Source of the DNA: Pseudomonadota bacterium | GTDB taxonomy: Bacteria; Bdellovibrionota; FAC87; UBA2466 | Assembly (NCBI GenBank): GCA_043718025.1 | Contig: JAYSWN010000217.1 | Coordinates: forward strand, 1-18,189 | Reading direction: 5' to 3' | DNA length: 18,189 bases | Shown: positions 1-7,802 of the stretch, piece after piece | How the letters are laid out: each line of letters opens with the position of its first letter | Numbering within the stretch: the first letter of the stretch is position 1 | Translations under genes and position numbers: made by a program | Notes under the pieces: model-generated | Database searches by the model: none | What the model saw: only the letters and a program-made list of their open reading frames with translations | Told to the model about the DNA's origin: nothing

Positions 1-56
1 AATGAGACTCTTTTTGCCCTTGCGAGCCAAATTGTCCCGACGCTGAAGCCCTCTCT

Positions 57-290
57 TTATGACGGCGAGTGATTCAATCCATGCACTCCGCGGTGGTGGC
101 GGTGACAAAGAAACACTAGATTCTCGATTTGGTTAAGCCCGCCGCGTGCGACCGCAACGAGATGGTGCAAATCAAGCCAACGTTTTTGGTCACAACGCCG
201 GTTGTCTCGTGAAACAAACGAACATTGTGCCCCTTGGCGGCTTACAACGCCATGGCGAACGGCGGCGGGGATTGGGCGACGTTGCCGCAC
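57..290 (-). pseudogene. HNH endonuclease C-terminal domain, probably a truncated remnant
   Basis: RRPIPAAVRHGV..RQGAQCSF...RC....LDLHHLVAVARGG.N..ENL..LC..HH..VH is a typical Zn-binding HNH motif. The upstream in-frame sequence hits stops at 348-350 and 369-371, and the GTG start has no clear RBS. Confidence 0.7.
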
Positions 291-330
291 CGCCTGTATT
301 GGCGCTGCTAGCGAATGCTGTGATTCAGAA

Positions 331-501
331 GAGAGTGTCTCAAAACCTTATGTAGAGCCGCGTTCCTGTCATTGCGTAGCAGGCGCGGCAACCTTTGGCC
401 TGCTTGGTTTTGTCGACGTCCCTCTTAACTCATATTTAAAGGGTTGCTTCAGCCGCACTGCGTGCGCAATGACGGCGAAATAACACTTTTGAGACACTAT
501 C
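331..501. mobile_element. 171-bp MITE/REP-like palindromic element
   Basis: 15-bp terminal inverted repeats with 1 mismatch: GAGAGTGTCTCAAAA (331-345) and TTTTGAGACACTATC (487-501). Nested inner IRs: GTCATTGCG (368-376)/CGCAATGAC (465-473) and GCAACCTTT (388-396)/AAAGGGTTGC (438-447). Confidence 0.6.
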
Positions 502-787
502 TACGGAAATTTTCTGCCGTTGAAATGCCTCTGAATTTTTTTATCTCCTTTTTCCGGAAAGAAAAATTTAAAAAAAACTCCGAAAACGGGTGGGACGCTT
601 TTGATTTAGTTCGATTGGCTAGCCGTCATGCCGCCAACGCCCGGCCTTGCACTACGCGCTCAAAACACGCCCGGGTGGAAGCGCCACCCAACCTCCATGA
701 GCAGTACGAGAGCAACTACTCCCCGCACCCCCGTTCCACTCGCCGTCATGAATCACATTGAAACCCGTAAGCGCCGCGGCAGACAAA

Positions 788-1111
788 TTATTTTGGCTGC
801 TTTTTAAGCCACTTAAGAAGCGCCTTACCGTCTTTCGAGGTCTTAAAGTCGCGGTGGGCGGGAGGCATCTGGCTGGTCTCGACCAGTTTGCGAATTAAGG
901 CAATGGTTTCGGGCTGCGTCAGCTGCTCTTGATTGAGAAACATGGCTCCAGGGTGGTCGGCCGCCTGGTGGCATCCGGCGCAATTTCGGGCCAGAATTTT
1001 CAATGCTTTCATGTCTTCGCTCGCCGGCGGCGAGGGTTGGGCCGCTTGGGCTTGGTGGGGTAGAGAGAATGCCGTTAAAAATAGAATCGTGGCAACAAAG
1101 GGGAATCTCAC
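788..1111 (-). CDS. Small exported mono-heme cytochrome c
   Basis: Signal peptide (MRFPFVATILFLTAFSLPHQAQA), CAGCH heme motif, downstream MPP (candidate Met axial ligand), GAGGT RBS upstream of the GTG start. Confidence 0.8.
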   Translation of the reverse strand: MRFPFVATILFLTAFSLPHQAQAAQPSPPASEDMKALKILARNCAGCHQAADHPGAMFLNQEQLTQPETIALIRKLVETSQMPPAHRDFKTSKDGKALLKWLKKQPK

Positions 1112-1179
1112 AAATTACCTCGCTGAAAAGTTTGGAGCAAAAAGGTTAAACGTAATGTTAGCACGAAGCCCTCGGGAAT

Positions 1180-2622
1180 TTAATGAACGGCTTCAGACTC
1201 GCCTTCGCCCTCGGCAGGATCTTCGCTAACCCAACCGTACTCACGCTCTTTTCGGTATAGGGTGCGGCGGTTGATGCCAAGAATTTGCGCTGCTTTGTCT
1301 TTTCGTCCCGCAGTTTTATCGAGCACGGTGCGTATGAAACGCTCTTCGAGCTGAACCAGCGTTGGAAAATCTTGGGTCAACGACTTCGTGGCAATCTCTG
1401 GACTTACCGCTTCAGCGTCGGGAATGTCGCTGCTATCAATGACGTCATGGGGACACAGCACCACCGCGCGTTCGATAATATTTTCTAATTCGCGAACGTT
1501 GCCTTGCCATCGCAGGCTTACCAGTTTAGCCAAAGCGGCTTTTGTGAATCCCTTAATACGTTTGCCGTCCGGCCCCAAGTTAGTGGCCGAATATTTTTCA
1601 AGAAAATGTTCAGCAAGCAACGGGATGTCTTCCGGTCTTTCGCGCAGCGGGGGAAGGGCGATGGGAATAACGCTCAGGCGGTAGTAAAGATCTTCTCGAA
1701 ATAGCCCATCGCGAATGGCCGCTTTCAGATCTTTATGGGTGGCGGCAATCACCCGCACGTCGACATCTACCATCGTGTTGTCGCCAACCGGTCGAATTTT
1801 TCTTTCTTGGAGCACCCGCAATAACTTAGCCTGTAGCGGCGGGCTCATGTCGCCAATTTCGTCGAGAAACAGCGTGCCGCCGTGCGCCTCTTCGATGAGC
1901 CCCTTTTTGCGATTGAGGGCTCCGGTGAAGGATCCTTTAGCGTGACCGAAAAGCTCAGATTCAAGCAGGGTCTCAGGAATCGCCGTGCAATTGATGGCGA
2001 CGAAGGGCTTACCGGCCCTTGGACCGGTTGAATGAATGGCTTGGGCCACCATCTCTTTTCCCGTACCGCTTTCGCCGTGGATGAGCACGTTTGCCGTCGA
2101 GTGGCTCAAGCGCACGACAAGATCAAATACCACCTTCATGCTCGCACTCTTGCCGAGCATTTGATGCAAACTCCAACTCTTTTTCACCTGTTGGCGAAGC
2201 AAAGTGTTGTCTTTGGTCAGAATGGTTCGCTCAATTGCGTGGTCAACGATCACGCTGAGCTCAGCCAGCTTGAACGGCTTAACGATGTAGTCGTAGGCGC
2301 CATTGCGCATGGCTTCGATTGCCGTATCCACACTGGCAAAGGCGGTCGCTAAAACCACTGGCAGTTCAGGACGTTCTCCTTTTATAGTTTTTAGAAACTG
2401 CATGCCGTCGAGTTGGGCCATTCTTAAATCGGAGATGACTACGTCCACTTCAAGACCCTTGCCCGCTTCAAACGCGCCGCCTGGGCGAAGCGCGGTTAGC
2501 GCTTCCAACGCCGAACTAAAGCAACTGACAAAGTAACCTTGCGAGGTAAGAAAATCTTGAAGTAGCCCGCGCATCTCTTTTTCGTCATCGACTACAACCA
2601 CATGACCTTTTGTCTGACTCAT
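1180..2622 (-). CDS. Sigma54-dependent response regulator, NtrC/AtoC/ZraR family (REC-AAA+-Fis HTH)
   Basis: REC domain (VVVVDDE, VISDLRM, KPF), Walker A GESGTGKE, ESELFGH-KGSFTGA, Walker B LFLDEIGD, FREDLYYRL, WQGNVRELEN, HTH AAQILGINRRTLYRK. Start moved to MSQTK (2622), which follows a GAGAGGGTGG RBS; the longer 2688 start would overlap the putative enhancer boxes. Confidence 0.95.
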   Translation of the reverse strand: MSQTKGHVVVVDDEKEMRGLLQDFLTSQGYFVSCFSSALEALTALRPGGAFEAGKGLEVDVVISDLRMAQLDGMQFLKTIKGERPELPVVLATAFASVDTAIEAMRNGAYDYIVKPFKLAELSVIVDHAIERTILTKDNTLLRQQVKKSWSLHQMLGKSASMKVVFDLVVRLSHSTANVLIHGESGTGKEMVAQAIHSTGPRAGKPFVAINCTAIPETLLESELFGHAKGSFTGALNRKKGLIEEAHGGTLFLDEIGDMSPPLQAKLLRVLQERKIRPVGDNTMVDVDVRVIAATHKDLKAAIRDGLFREDLYYRLSVIPIALPPLRERPEDIPLLAEHFLEKYSATNLGPDGKRIKGFTKAALAKLVSLRWQGNVRELENIIERAVVLCPHDVIDSSDIPDAEAVSPEIATKSLTQDFPTLVQLEERFIRTVLDKTAGRKDKAAQILGINRRTLYRKEREYGWVSEDPAEGEGESEAVH

Positions 2623-2650
2623 CCGCCACCCTCTTTCTCGTCGTTTCATC

Positions 2651-2685
2651 GGGACAAAATAACCCTTCAAGAGACTAAATGTCTC
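2651..2685. promoter_or_regulatory. Putative tandem bEBP binding sites (UAS)
   Basis: GGGACAAAATAACCC (2651-2665) and GAGACTAAATGTCTC (2671-2685), 20-bp period, about 90-125 bp upstream of a -24/-12 element. Confidence 0.6.
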
Positions 2686-2753
2686 CATATTCTTACTCTG
2701 AAAAGCCCGTTCAGGGTCAAAACAGGGGAATTCCGTCGCTATACCGCTCCCTC

Positions 2754-2769
2754 AGCACAGGTCATGCCA
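2754..2769 (-). promoter_or_regulatory. Sigma54 (-24/-12) promoter facing the NtrC-family gene
   Basis: Minus strand TGGCATGACCTGTGCT; GG-N10-GC, close to consensus TGGCACG-N4-TTGC. Confidence 0.6.
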
Positions 2770-2774
2770 TGCGT

Positions 2775-2790
2775 GGGAATGTCTTTTGCA
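2775..2790 (+). promoter_or_regulatory. Sigma54 promoter facing the hybrid kinase
   Basis: GGGAATGTCTTTTGCA; GG-N10-GC with TTGCA; the predicted start near 2801 precedes the AAGGGA RBS and the ATG at 2823. Confidence 0.5.
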
Positions 2791-2822
2791 ATCGGTGCCA
2801 GTTGGATTAAAGGGAACTCAGC

Positions 2823-4391
2823 ATGAAAATGATTTGGGACGCAAAAACCTTTGAAAGCCTGCTTGAGGCGGCCCCGGACGCGATGGTCGTGGTTGATGGA
2901 AGCGGTACGATCGTTTTCGTTAACGGACAAACGGAGAAAGTATTTGCGTACGATCGGAATGAGCTGGTTGGCGAACCAATCGAAACCTTGTTGCCAGCGC
3001 GATTTCGAGAACGGCACATTGGACAGAGAAATGGCTATTTTGCCGCTCCTCACGTTAGGCCAATGGGTGCCTCCATGGACTTGTTTGGCCGGCGTAAAGA
3101 CGGCTCTGAATTTCCGGTTGAAATTAGCTTAAGTCCTCTCCCCACCAGTCAAGGCTTGCTGGTGACCAGTTCAATTCGCGACGTTACCGATCGCAAGCGA
3201 ATTCAGAGCGAGTTGAAGATCGCGCGCGAGACCGCGGATGCTGCCAACCGATCGAAGAGCGAGTTTTTGGCGAACATGAGCCACGAGATCCGAACGCCAT
3301 TGGCAGGGATTTTAGGCTACGTCGAGATGCTCGCTCATTATTGTAAAACCGACGCGGAACGAAAAGACTACGGTGCCAAGATCAAGCGCAATGCCGATAA
3401 CCTAACCGATTTGATCAACGACATTCTCGATCTCTCTAAAGTGGAAGCGGGTGCCCTTAAGATCGAGCAGTTGGCGTTTGCGCCCCTGGTAGAGCTAGAG
3501 AGTGTGCTTTCGTTGCTAGAGGGTCAGGTTAACGAAAAAGGGCTGGCGGTTGAAATGGTGGTTGAGCGGCCCATTCCCGCCAAGATCGTTTCTGACCCGA
3601 AACGACTGCATCAGGTTTTGGTTAACCTTATTGGCAATGCGATCAAGTTTACCGACTCCGGAAAAATTACGGTCACGGTGCGTTTGGCAAAAGCGCCTTC
3701 GTTAGAAGCCGGGCTTCTTTGCTTCGAAGTACGCGATACCGGATGCGGAATTTCTGTAGAAGCTCAAGCCCAACTCTTTCAGCCGTTTGTGCAAGCGGAC
3801 AGTTCGACCACCCGAAAATACGGGGGGACCGGCCTGGGGTTGGCGCTTTCACGTCGTTTAGCCAAGGCGCTCGGGGGAAACTTGGTGCTCACCTCAAGTG
3901 AGCCGGGGCAGGGTAGCGTGTTTACTCTTTCCGTCGCTCCAGGATCTTTAGATGCCTTGCGCCTGGCCGAAAGTTTGGAGTCGCCATTGGCCGACGCGGT
4001 TAACCCTTTTACTTTGCGGCTGGATGGCGTTCGCGTTCTATTGGCTGAGGATCACGCCGATAACGAAGAGTTGGTGACCAAGTTTTTAAATCTGGCAGGG
4101 GCGATTGTCGAAGTAGCCCGAAACGGAGCCGAAGCCGTTGAACTCGCTGGCGCAAAGGCATTCGACGTTGTGCTGATGGATCTGCAGATGCCGCTAATGG
4201 ATGGCTACGCTGCCACGGCAAGCCTCAGGCAGAGCGGATACACCAAGCCGATTATCGCGCTAACCGCCCACGCTATGATCGAAGAGAAAGAGAAATGCTA
4301 CCGGGCCGGCTGCTCCGATTTTTTGACCAAACCAATCGACGTATCGGCCTTACTCCACGCTGTGAAACGCCATTTCCAAAAAGGCAGGTAG
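2823..4391 (+). CDS. Soluble hybrid sensor histidine kinase (PAS-HisKA-HATPase_c-REC)
   Basis: PAS ([11 protein letters not shown]...[15 protein letters not shown]), H-box [14 protein letters not shown]-box [11 protein letters not shown] boxes DTGCGI and GGTGLGL, REC ([19 protein letters not shown]). No transmembrane helix. Confidence 0.95.
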   Translation: MKMIWDAKTFESLLEAAPDAMVVVDGSGTIVFVNGQTEKVFAYDRNELVGEPIETLLPARFRERHIGQRNGYFAAPHVRPMGASMDLFGRRKDGSEFPVEISLSPLPTSQGLLVTSSIRDVTDRKRIQSELKIARETADAANRSKSEFLANMSHEIRTPLAGILGYVEMLAHYCKTDAERKDYGAKIKRNADNLTDLINDILDLSKVEAGALKIEQLAFAPLVELESVLSLLEGQVNEKGLAVEMVVERPIPAKIVSDPKRLHQVLVNLIGNAIKFTDSGKITVTVRLAKAPSLEAGLLCFEVRDTGCGISVEAQAQLFQPFVQADSSTTRKYGGTGLGLALSRRLAKALGGNLVLTSSEPGQGSVFTLSVAPGSLDALRLAESLESPLADAVNPFTLRLDGVRVLLAEDHADNEELVTKFLNLAGAIVEVARNGAEAVELAGAKAFDVVLMDLQMPLMDGYAATASLRQSGYTKPIIALTAHAMIEEKEKCYRAGCSDFLTKPIDVSALLHAVKRHFQKGR

Positions 4392-4393
4392 GG

Positions 4394-4409
4394 TGGCACG
4401 TTCGTTGCT
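4394..4409 (+). promoter_or_regulatory. Consensus sigma54 promoter between the two kinases
   Basis: TGGCACGTTCGTTGCT is a perfect TGGCACG-N4-TTGCW match within the 30-bp intergenic gap. Confidence 0.8.
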
Positions 4410-4421
4410 ACACACCGCGCC

Positions 4422-5915
4422 ATGAAGCCCCTAATCGCAGAAATAAAAGACGTTTGGTTTCGTACCGTATTCGAAGCGGCACCCGACGCCTTGATCCTCA
4501 TCAACCGCGAAGGGCAGATTGTGCTGGTTAATGATCGGGTTGGGTCGCTCTTCGGATACAAGAAGGAAGAGCTGTTGGGGCAAGCGAGCGAAATTCTCGT
4601 TCCCCGGGCTATAAAAGAGAGTCACCGGTTACTCACCGAAAATTATCTTGCTGACCCCGTGCTTCGCCCCATGGGTAAAAATCGGGATCTGCATGGGCGA
4701 CATAAAAACGGTAACCTCATTCCTGTAGAGATTAGCCTTAGCCCAAGTCCTCCCGGTGAGCCTTTTTTCGTCGTGGCGGCAGTGCGCGACGTCACCGAAC
4801 GAAAACGGCATGAGCAATTGATAAAGCAGAGCGAACAAAACTTTAAAACCTTTTTTGAAATCTGTCCGGTGGGGGCGGCGCTGATTTCTAAGTCGAGAAA
4901 AATTCTAAGGGTTAACCGGGCGTTTTTGGCACTTTACGGAATAAATTTAGAAGCCGAAGTTTTGGGAACTGACCTTAGCCTTCTGATGAAAGTAGAACAG
5001 TGGAAACAGCTTGAAGAAATTCTGACCAAAATCGAAAATGGGAAAACCCCGCAACAAGGTTTGTTTCATCAGCTTCGCGTCGACGGGGTTGAGTTGTGGG
5101 TGCGAGTTAATTTTAGCTTGGTGCATATCGTGGACTCCGAAGGCCAAGTGGTCTTTTGCACCTTTCTCGACGTCACGGATATGAAGAGCGCTGAGCGCGA
5201 ACTCAGCGCTAAAGCGGACCAATTGGCCGAGCAGAATAAAAAGCTAGAAGAGTTTACGTCGGTGGCCTCTCACGATCTAAAAGCCCCCGCGCGTCGGGCC
5301 TCGCTGTACATCCAAATGATTGAAAGAGTGTGCGGTGACGCCCTGGATGAAAAAGGGCGAGAGTATTTGAAGGCTGCCGTCAGTGAGTCTAAAAGTATGC
5401 AGGCGCTAATCGACGACTTGCTCGACTACTCCCATATGTGTTGCGCCAGCCTCCAATTACAGGGCGTTTCACTTAATAGAGTTTTGGCGGATACGTTAGA
5501 GGTTTTGCGTCCGGAGATCGAAGCGAACGGCGCCAAAGTTACCGTGGGCGAGTTACCCACGGTGAACGGCAACGAGTTTCAGCTGCGGCGACTTTTTGTC
5601 AATCTCATCGCCAATGGCCTTAAATTTAATCGGCAAGTGCCGAAGGTGACTATTTCGGCCGTAACCACCGATCAATGTCTTGAAGTTTTGGTATCCGACA
5701 ATGGCGTGGGAATTCCAGCGCAGGATTTGCAAAAGATCTTTGATGTTTTCTATCGGGGTCGGTCCCAGTCTGAGTTTCCCGGCACCGGACTCGGCTTGGC
5801 CAGCTGCAAGCGCATAATGGAAAACCACGGCGGAAGCATCGCGGTAAAATCTGAAATTGAGTTAGGTTCAACCTTTTATTTGCGCTTTCCTATCGCCGCC
5901 GACGGCGCCGATTAG
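4422..5915 (+). CDS. Soluble PAS-PAS sensor histidine kinase
   Basis: Two PAS domains, H-box VASHDLKAP, LFVNLIANGLKF, DNGVGI, GTGLGLA. No transmembrane helix. Confidence 0.95.
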   Translation: MKPLIAEIKDVWFRTVFEAAPDALILINREGQIVLVNDRVGSLFGYKKEELLGQASEILVPRAIKESHRLLTENYLADPVLRPMGKNRDLHGRHKNGNLIPVEISLSPSPPGEPFFVVAAVRDVTERKRHEQLIKQSEQNFKTFFEICPVGAALISKSRKILRVNRAFLALYGINLEAEVLGTDLSLLMKVEQWKQLEEILTKIENGKTPQQGLFHQLRVDGVELWVRVNFSLVHIVDSEGQVVFCTFLDVTDMKSAERELSAKADQLAEQNKKLEEFTSVASHDLKAPARRASLYIQMIERVCGDALDEKGREYLKAAVSESKSMQALIDDLLDYSHMCCASLQLQGVSLNRVLADTLEVLRPEIEANGAKVTVGELPTVNGNEFQLRRLFVNLIANGLKFNRQVPKVTISAVTTDQCLEVLVSDNGVGIPAQDLQKIFDVFYRGRSQSEFPGTGLGLASCKRIMENHGGSIAVKSEIELGSTFYLRFPIAADGAD

Positions 5916-6321
5916 CCGATTTTTGCAATTCGTGCATTTCGTTTTCTACTTCGTTCAAGTCCGATTCAAGCAGCACCGCCGCGAACAACGCAGTAAACGC
6001 CCCGAACACCGCCGTACCAAAAATCATCAAGAACATGCCAATCACTCTGCCGGGAACGCTTTGCGGAGTGATGTCGCCGTAACCAACCGTGGTCACCGTT
6101 GATACCGACCACCACAGGGCATTTAAGAAAGAATTCATTTCGGGATTGGTGTCATGCTCAAGCCAGTGTACCGAAAGCGCCCCGGCTAACATGGAGCCAT
6201 TTGCGGCCACCGTGAGAAACCAGAATAACGGGTGGTAAAACAAATCACGTGCGCGTGAGATTACGAAACGGGTTCTGAAATGTCGCATAGGGTCAATGAA
6301 AGGATTTGGTTTTTTATTCAT
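5890..6321 (-). CDS. Minimal two-TM potassium channel (KcsA-like, Ion_trans_2)
   Basis: SFLNALWWSVSTVTTVGYGDITP selectivity filter between two TM helices. Start is 6321 (GAGGG RBS) or 6336. Confidence 0.92.
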   Translation of the reverse strand: MNKKPNPFIDPMRHFRTRFVISRARDLFYHPLFWFLTVAANGSMLAGALSVHWLEHDTNPEMNSFLNALWWSVSTVTTVGYGDITPQSVPGRVIGMFLMIFGTAVFGAFTALFAAVLLESDLNEVENEMHELQKSANRRRRRR

Positions 6322-6352
6322 CTTAGGGGCCCTCATGCGTGTTTATAACTTA

Positions 6353-6368
6353 TGCAAGGCAATTGCCC
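6353..6368 (-). promoter_or_regulatory. Sigma54 promoter for the K+ channel gene
   Basis: Minus strand GGGCAATTGCCTTGCA; GG-N10-GC with TTGCA, just upstream of the gene. Confidence 0.55.
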
Positions 6369-6387
6369 AGTTTTCAAGCCGGGGGCT

Positions 6388-6421
6388 GAGACGAATTGTC
6401 CCCCGTGGGTCGGATTGTCGC
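6388..6421. promoter_or_regulatory. Putative tandem bEBP binding sites (second copy)
   Basis: GAGACGAATTGTCCC (6388-6402) and GGGTCGGATTGTCGC (6407-6421); same motif as 2651-2685. Confidence 0.55.
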
Positions 6422-6626
6422 CATGGTCAGGGGTGAGGAGCGGTTTAATGGGGAGTGTGGCGGGCACGATTCGTGAACTTATCGCTTAACAATTCTTTTT
6501 CGCAGGACAGCGGTGCCCGGCCCACGGTATTATTTCAAAGCTTTTGCGCCGTAGAGGAAACGAAAACTTAGAAAACGGGCGAAATAAAATCAAAGTTCGG
6601 TACTCAAAAAAAATTGCGAGGCTACG

Positions 6627-7802
6627 ATGATCCAGAGGAACGTGTTTCAGGTGGTGGCGGTTCTCAGTCTGTTTTTACTCTCCACCCAAAGTTTCGGCGC
6701 TCTGCGCAAGTGGAATGCGCACATGCAGGAGATGGCTAAGGCGCTTAACGATCTGTTGCCCGAAGTGAGTAGGCCCACCGGCGACAATAAAGCCAACGTC
6801 GAAAAGAGTGCAAAAAAAATTGCGGAGTTGGCCAAGAGCCTTGGGGTGAACCCAGGTAAAGAGACCCTTCTGGCGCCCGACGGGGATCCTACCCTCACCT
6901 TCGTACAAGGTCTTTTTGCCCGAGAGTCTAAACGCGGGTACCACGCAATTAAGGAAGGTTATGTTGAGTATGGTAAAGGCATATTAAGAAACACACCGGC
7001 CTATTGTATTGCCTGCCACAGCCGAAACTCTTCGGGCCCCGATTTTCCAACCGCTCCGCTGTCGGCCGAAGCCGAGGCTTTGCCGCCATTTGAGAAAGCC
7101 CAATTTCTAGCCGCTACCCGACATTTTGATGGCGCCATCGATACGTTAATTAAACTCACCTCCGATCAAGCCTTTGCCAAAGCAAACCCCTTGGACTGGA
7201 GTCGAGCCGTAAAGCAGGCGCTCACTCTGGCGGTACGGGTGAAAGAAGATCCGGATAAGGCGCTTAGCATTTTAGAGGCGGCGGCAAAAATTGACGGCCC
7301 GCAGTTTGCGATTCAAAACTCCCAAGATTGGAAGGCCTCGTTACTCGCGTGGAAAAAGGAAAAGGAAAAGAAGCCAACCACCGAGGCCGCGCTTTACCGT
7401 AAAGCAAAAAAACTGATGGATGACGCCAAGACCAAACAGAGCTTCGTGGTCGATCGATCTGCCGATATTCTTTATCTGCGCGCCAGTGCCTTATTGCACG
7501 AACAGCTGCGTGTGGCGCCGCAGGGCAAGCTGTCGACCGAAGCGCTTTTGCTCCTGGGAAAGTCGTACGAAGTTTTGGGTGAGCTACAGAGTGCGCCGTG
7601 GCACGAAGTCTTTTACGAGGCCTGCGTTCGCCAGCGTCCGCATAGTCCCGTGGCCCGCTCGTGTTACCAGGCTTACGAGTCTTCAATTTATTTCGGTTAC
7701 TCTGGCAGCGCCGGCCTTTCGATTCCTGACGACATTCAGGTTGCGCTGAGCGAGTTGAAAACACTAGCCGCCGTCGAGAAAAAAGAGCCTACTCCCCGTT
7801 AA
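6627..7802 (+). CDS. Exported mono-heme c-type cytochrome with a long helical (TPR-like) C-terminal region
   Basis: Signal peptide ending SFGA, CIACH heme motif after a helical N-terminal segment, amphipathic helical repeats (EALLLLGKSYEVLG), an extra Cys pair, GAGG RBS. Confidence 0.75.
   Translation: MIQRNVFQVVAVLSLFLLSTQSFGALRKWNAHMQEMAKALNDLLPEVSRPTGDNKANVEKSAKKIAELAKSLGVNPGKETLLAPDGDPTLTFVQGLFARESKRGYHAIKEGYVEYGKGILRNTPAYCIACHSRNSSGPDFPTAPLSAEAEALPPFEKAQFLAATRHFDGAIDTLIKLTSDQAFAKANPLDWSRAVKQALTLAVRVKEDPDKALSILEAAAKIDGPQFAIQNSQDWKASLLAWKKEKEKKPTTEAALYRKAKKLMDDAKTKQSFVVDRSADILYLRASALLHEQLRVAPQGKLSTEALLLLGKSYEVLGELQSAPWHEVFYEACVRQRPHSPVARSCYQAYESSIYFGYSGSAGLSIPDDIQVALSELKTLAAVEKKEPTPR

Noticed and set aside
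444..761. 105-aa plus-strand ORF
   Set aside because: Crosses the repeat and A/T tracts, has low-complexity composition, and lacks an RBS or motif.
1922..1939. GSFTGA instead of GAFTGA in the bEBP as a sign of sigma54 independence
   Set aside because: GSFTGA is a common functional variant; F, T, G and A are retained.
2786..2800. Minus-strand TGGCACCGATTGCA as a sigma54 promoter
   Set aside because: GG-GC spacing is 8, not the required 10.
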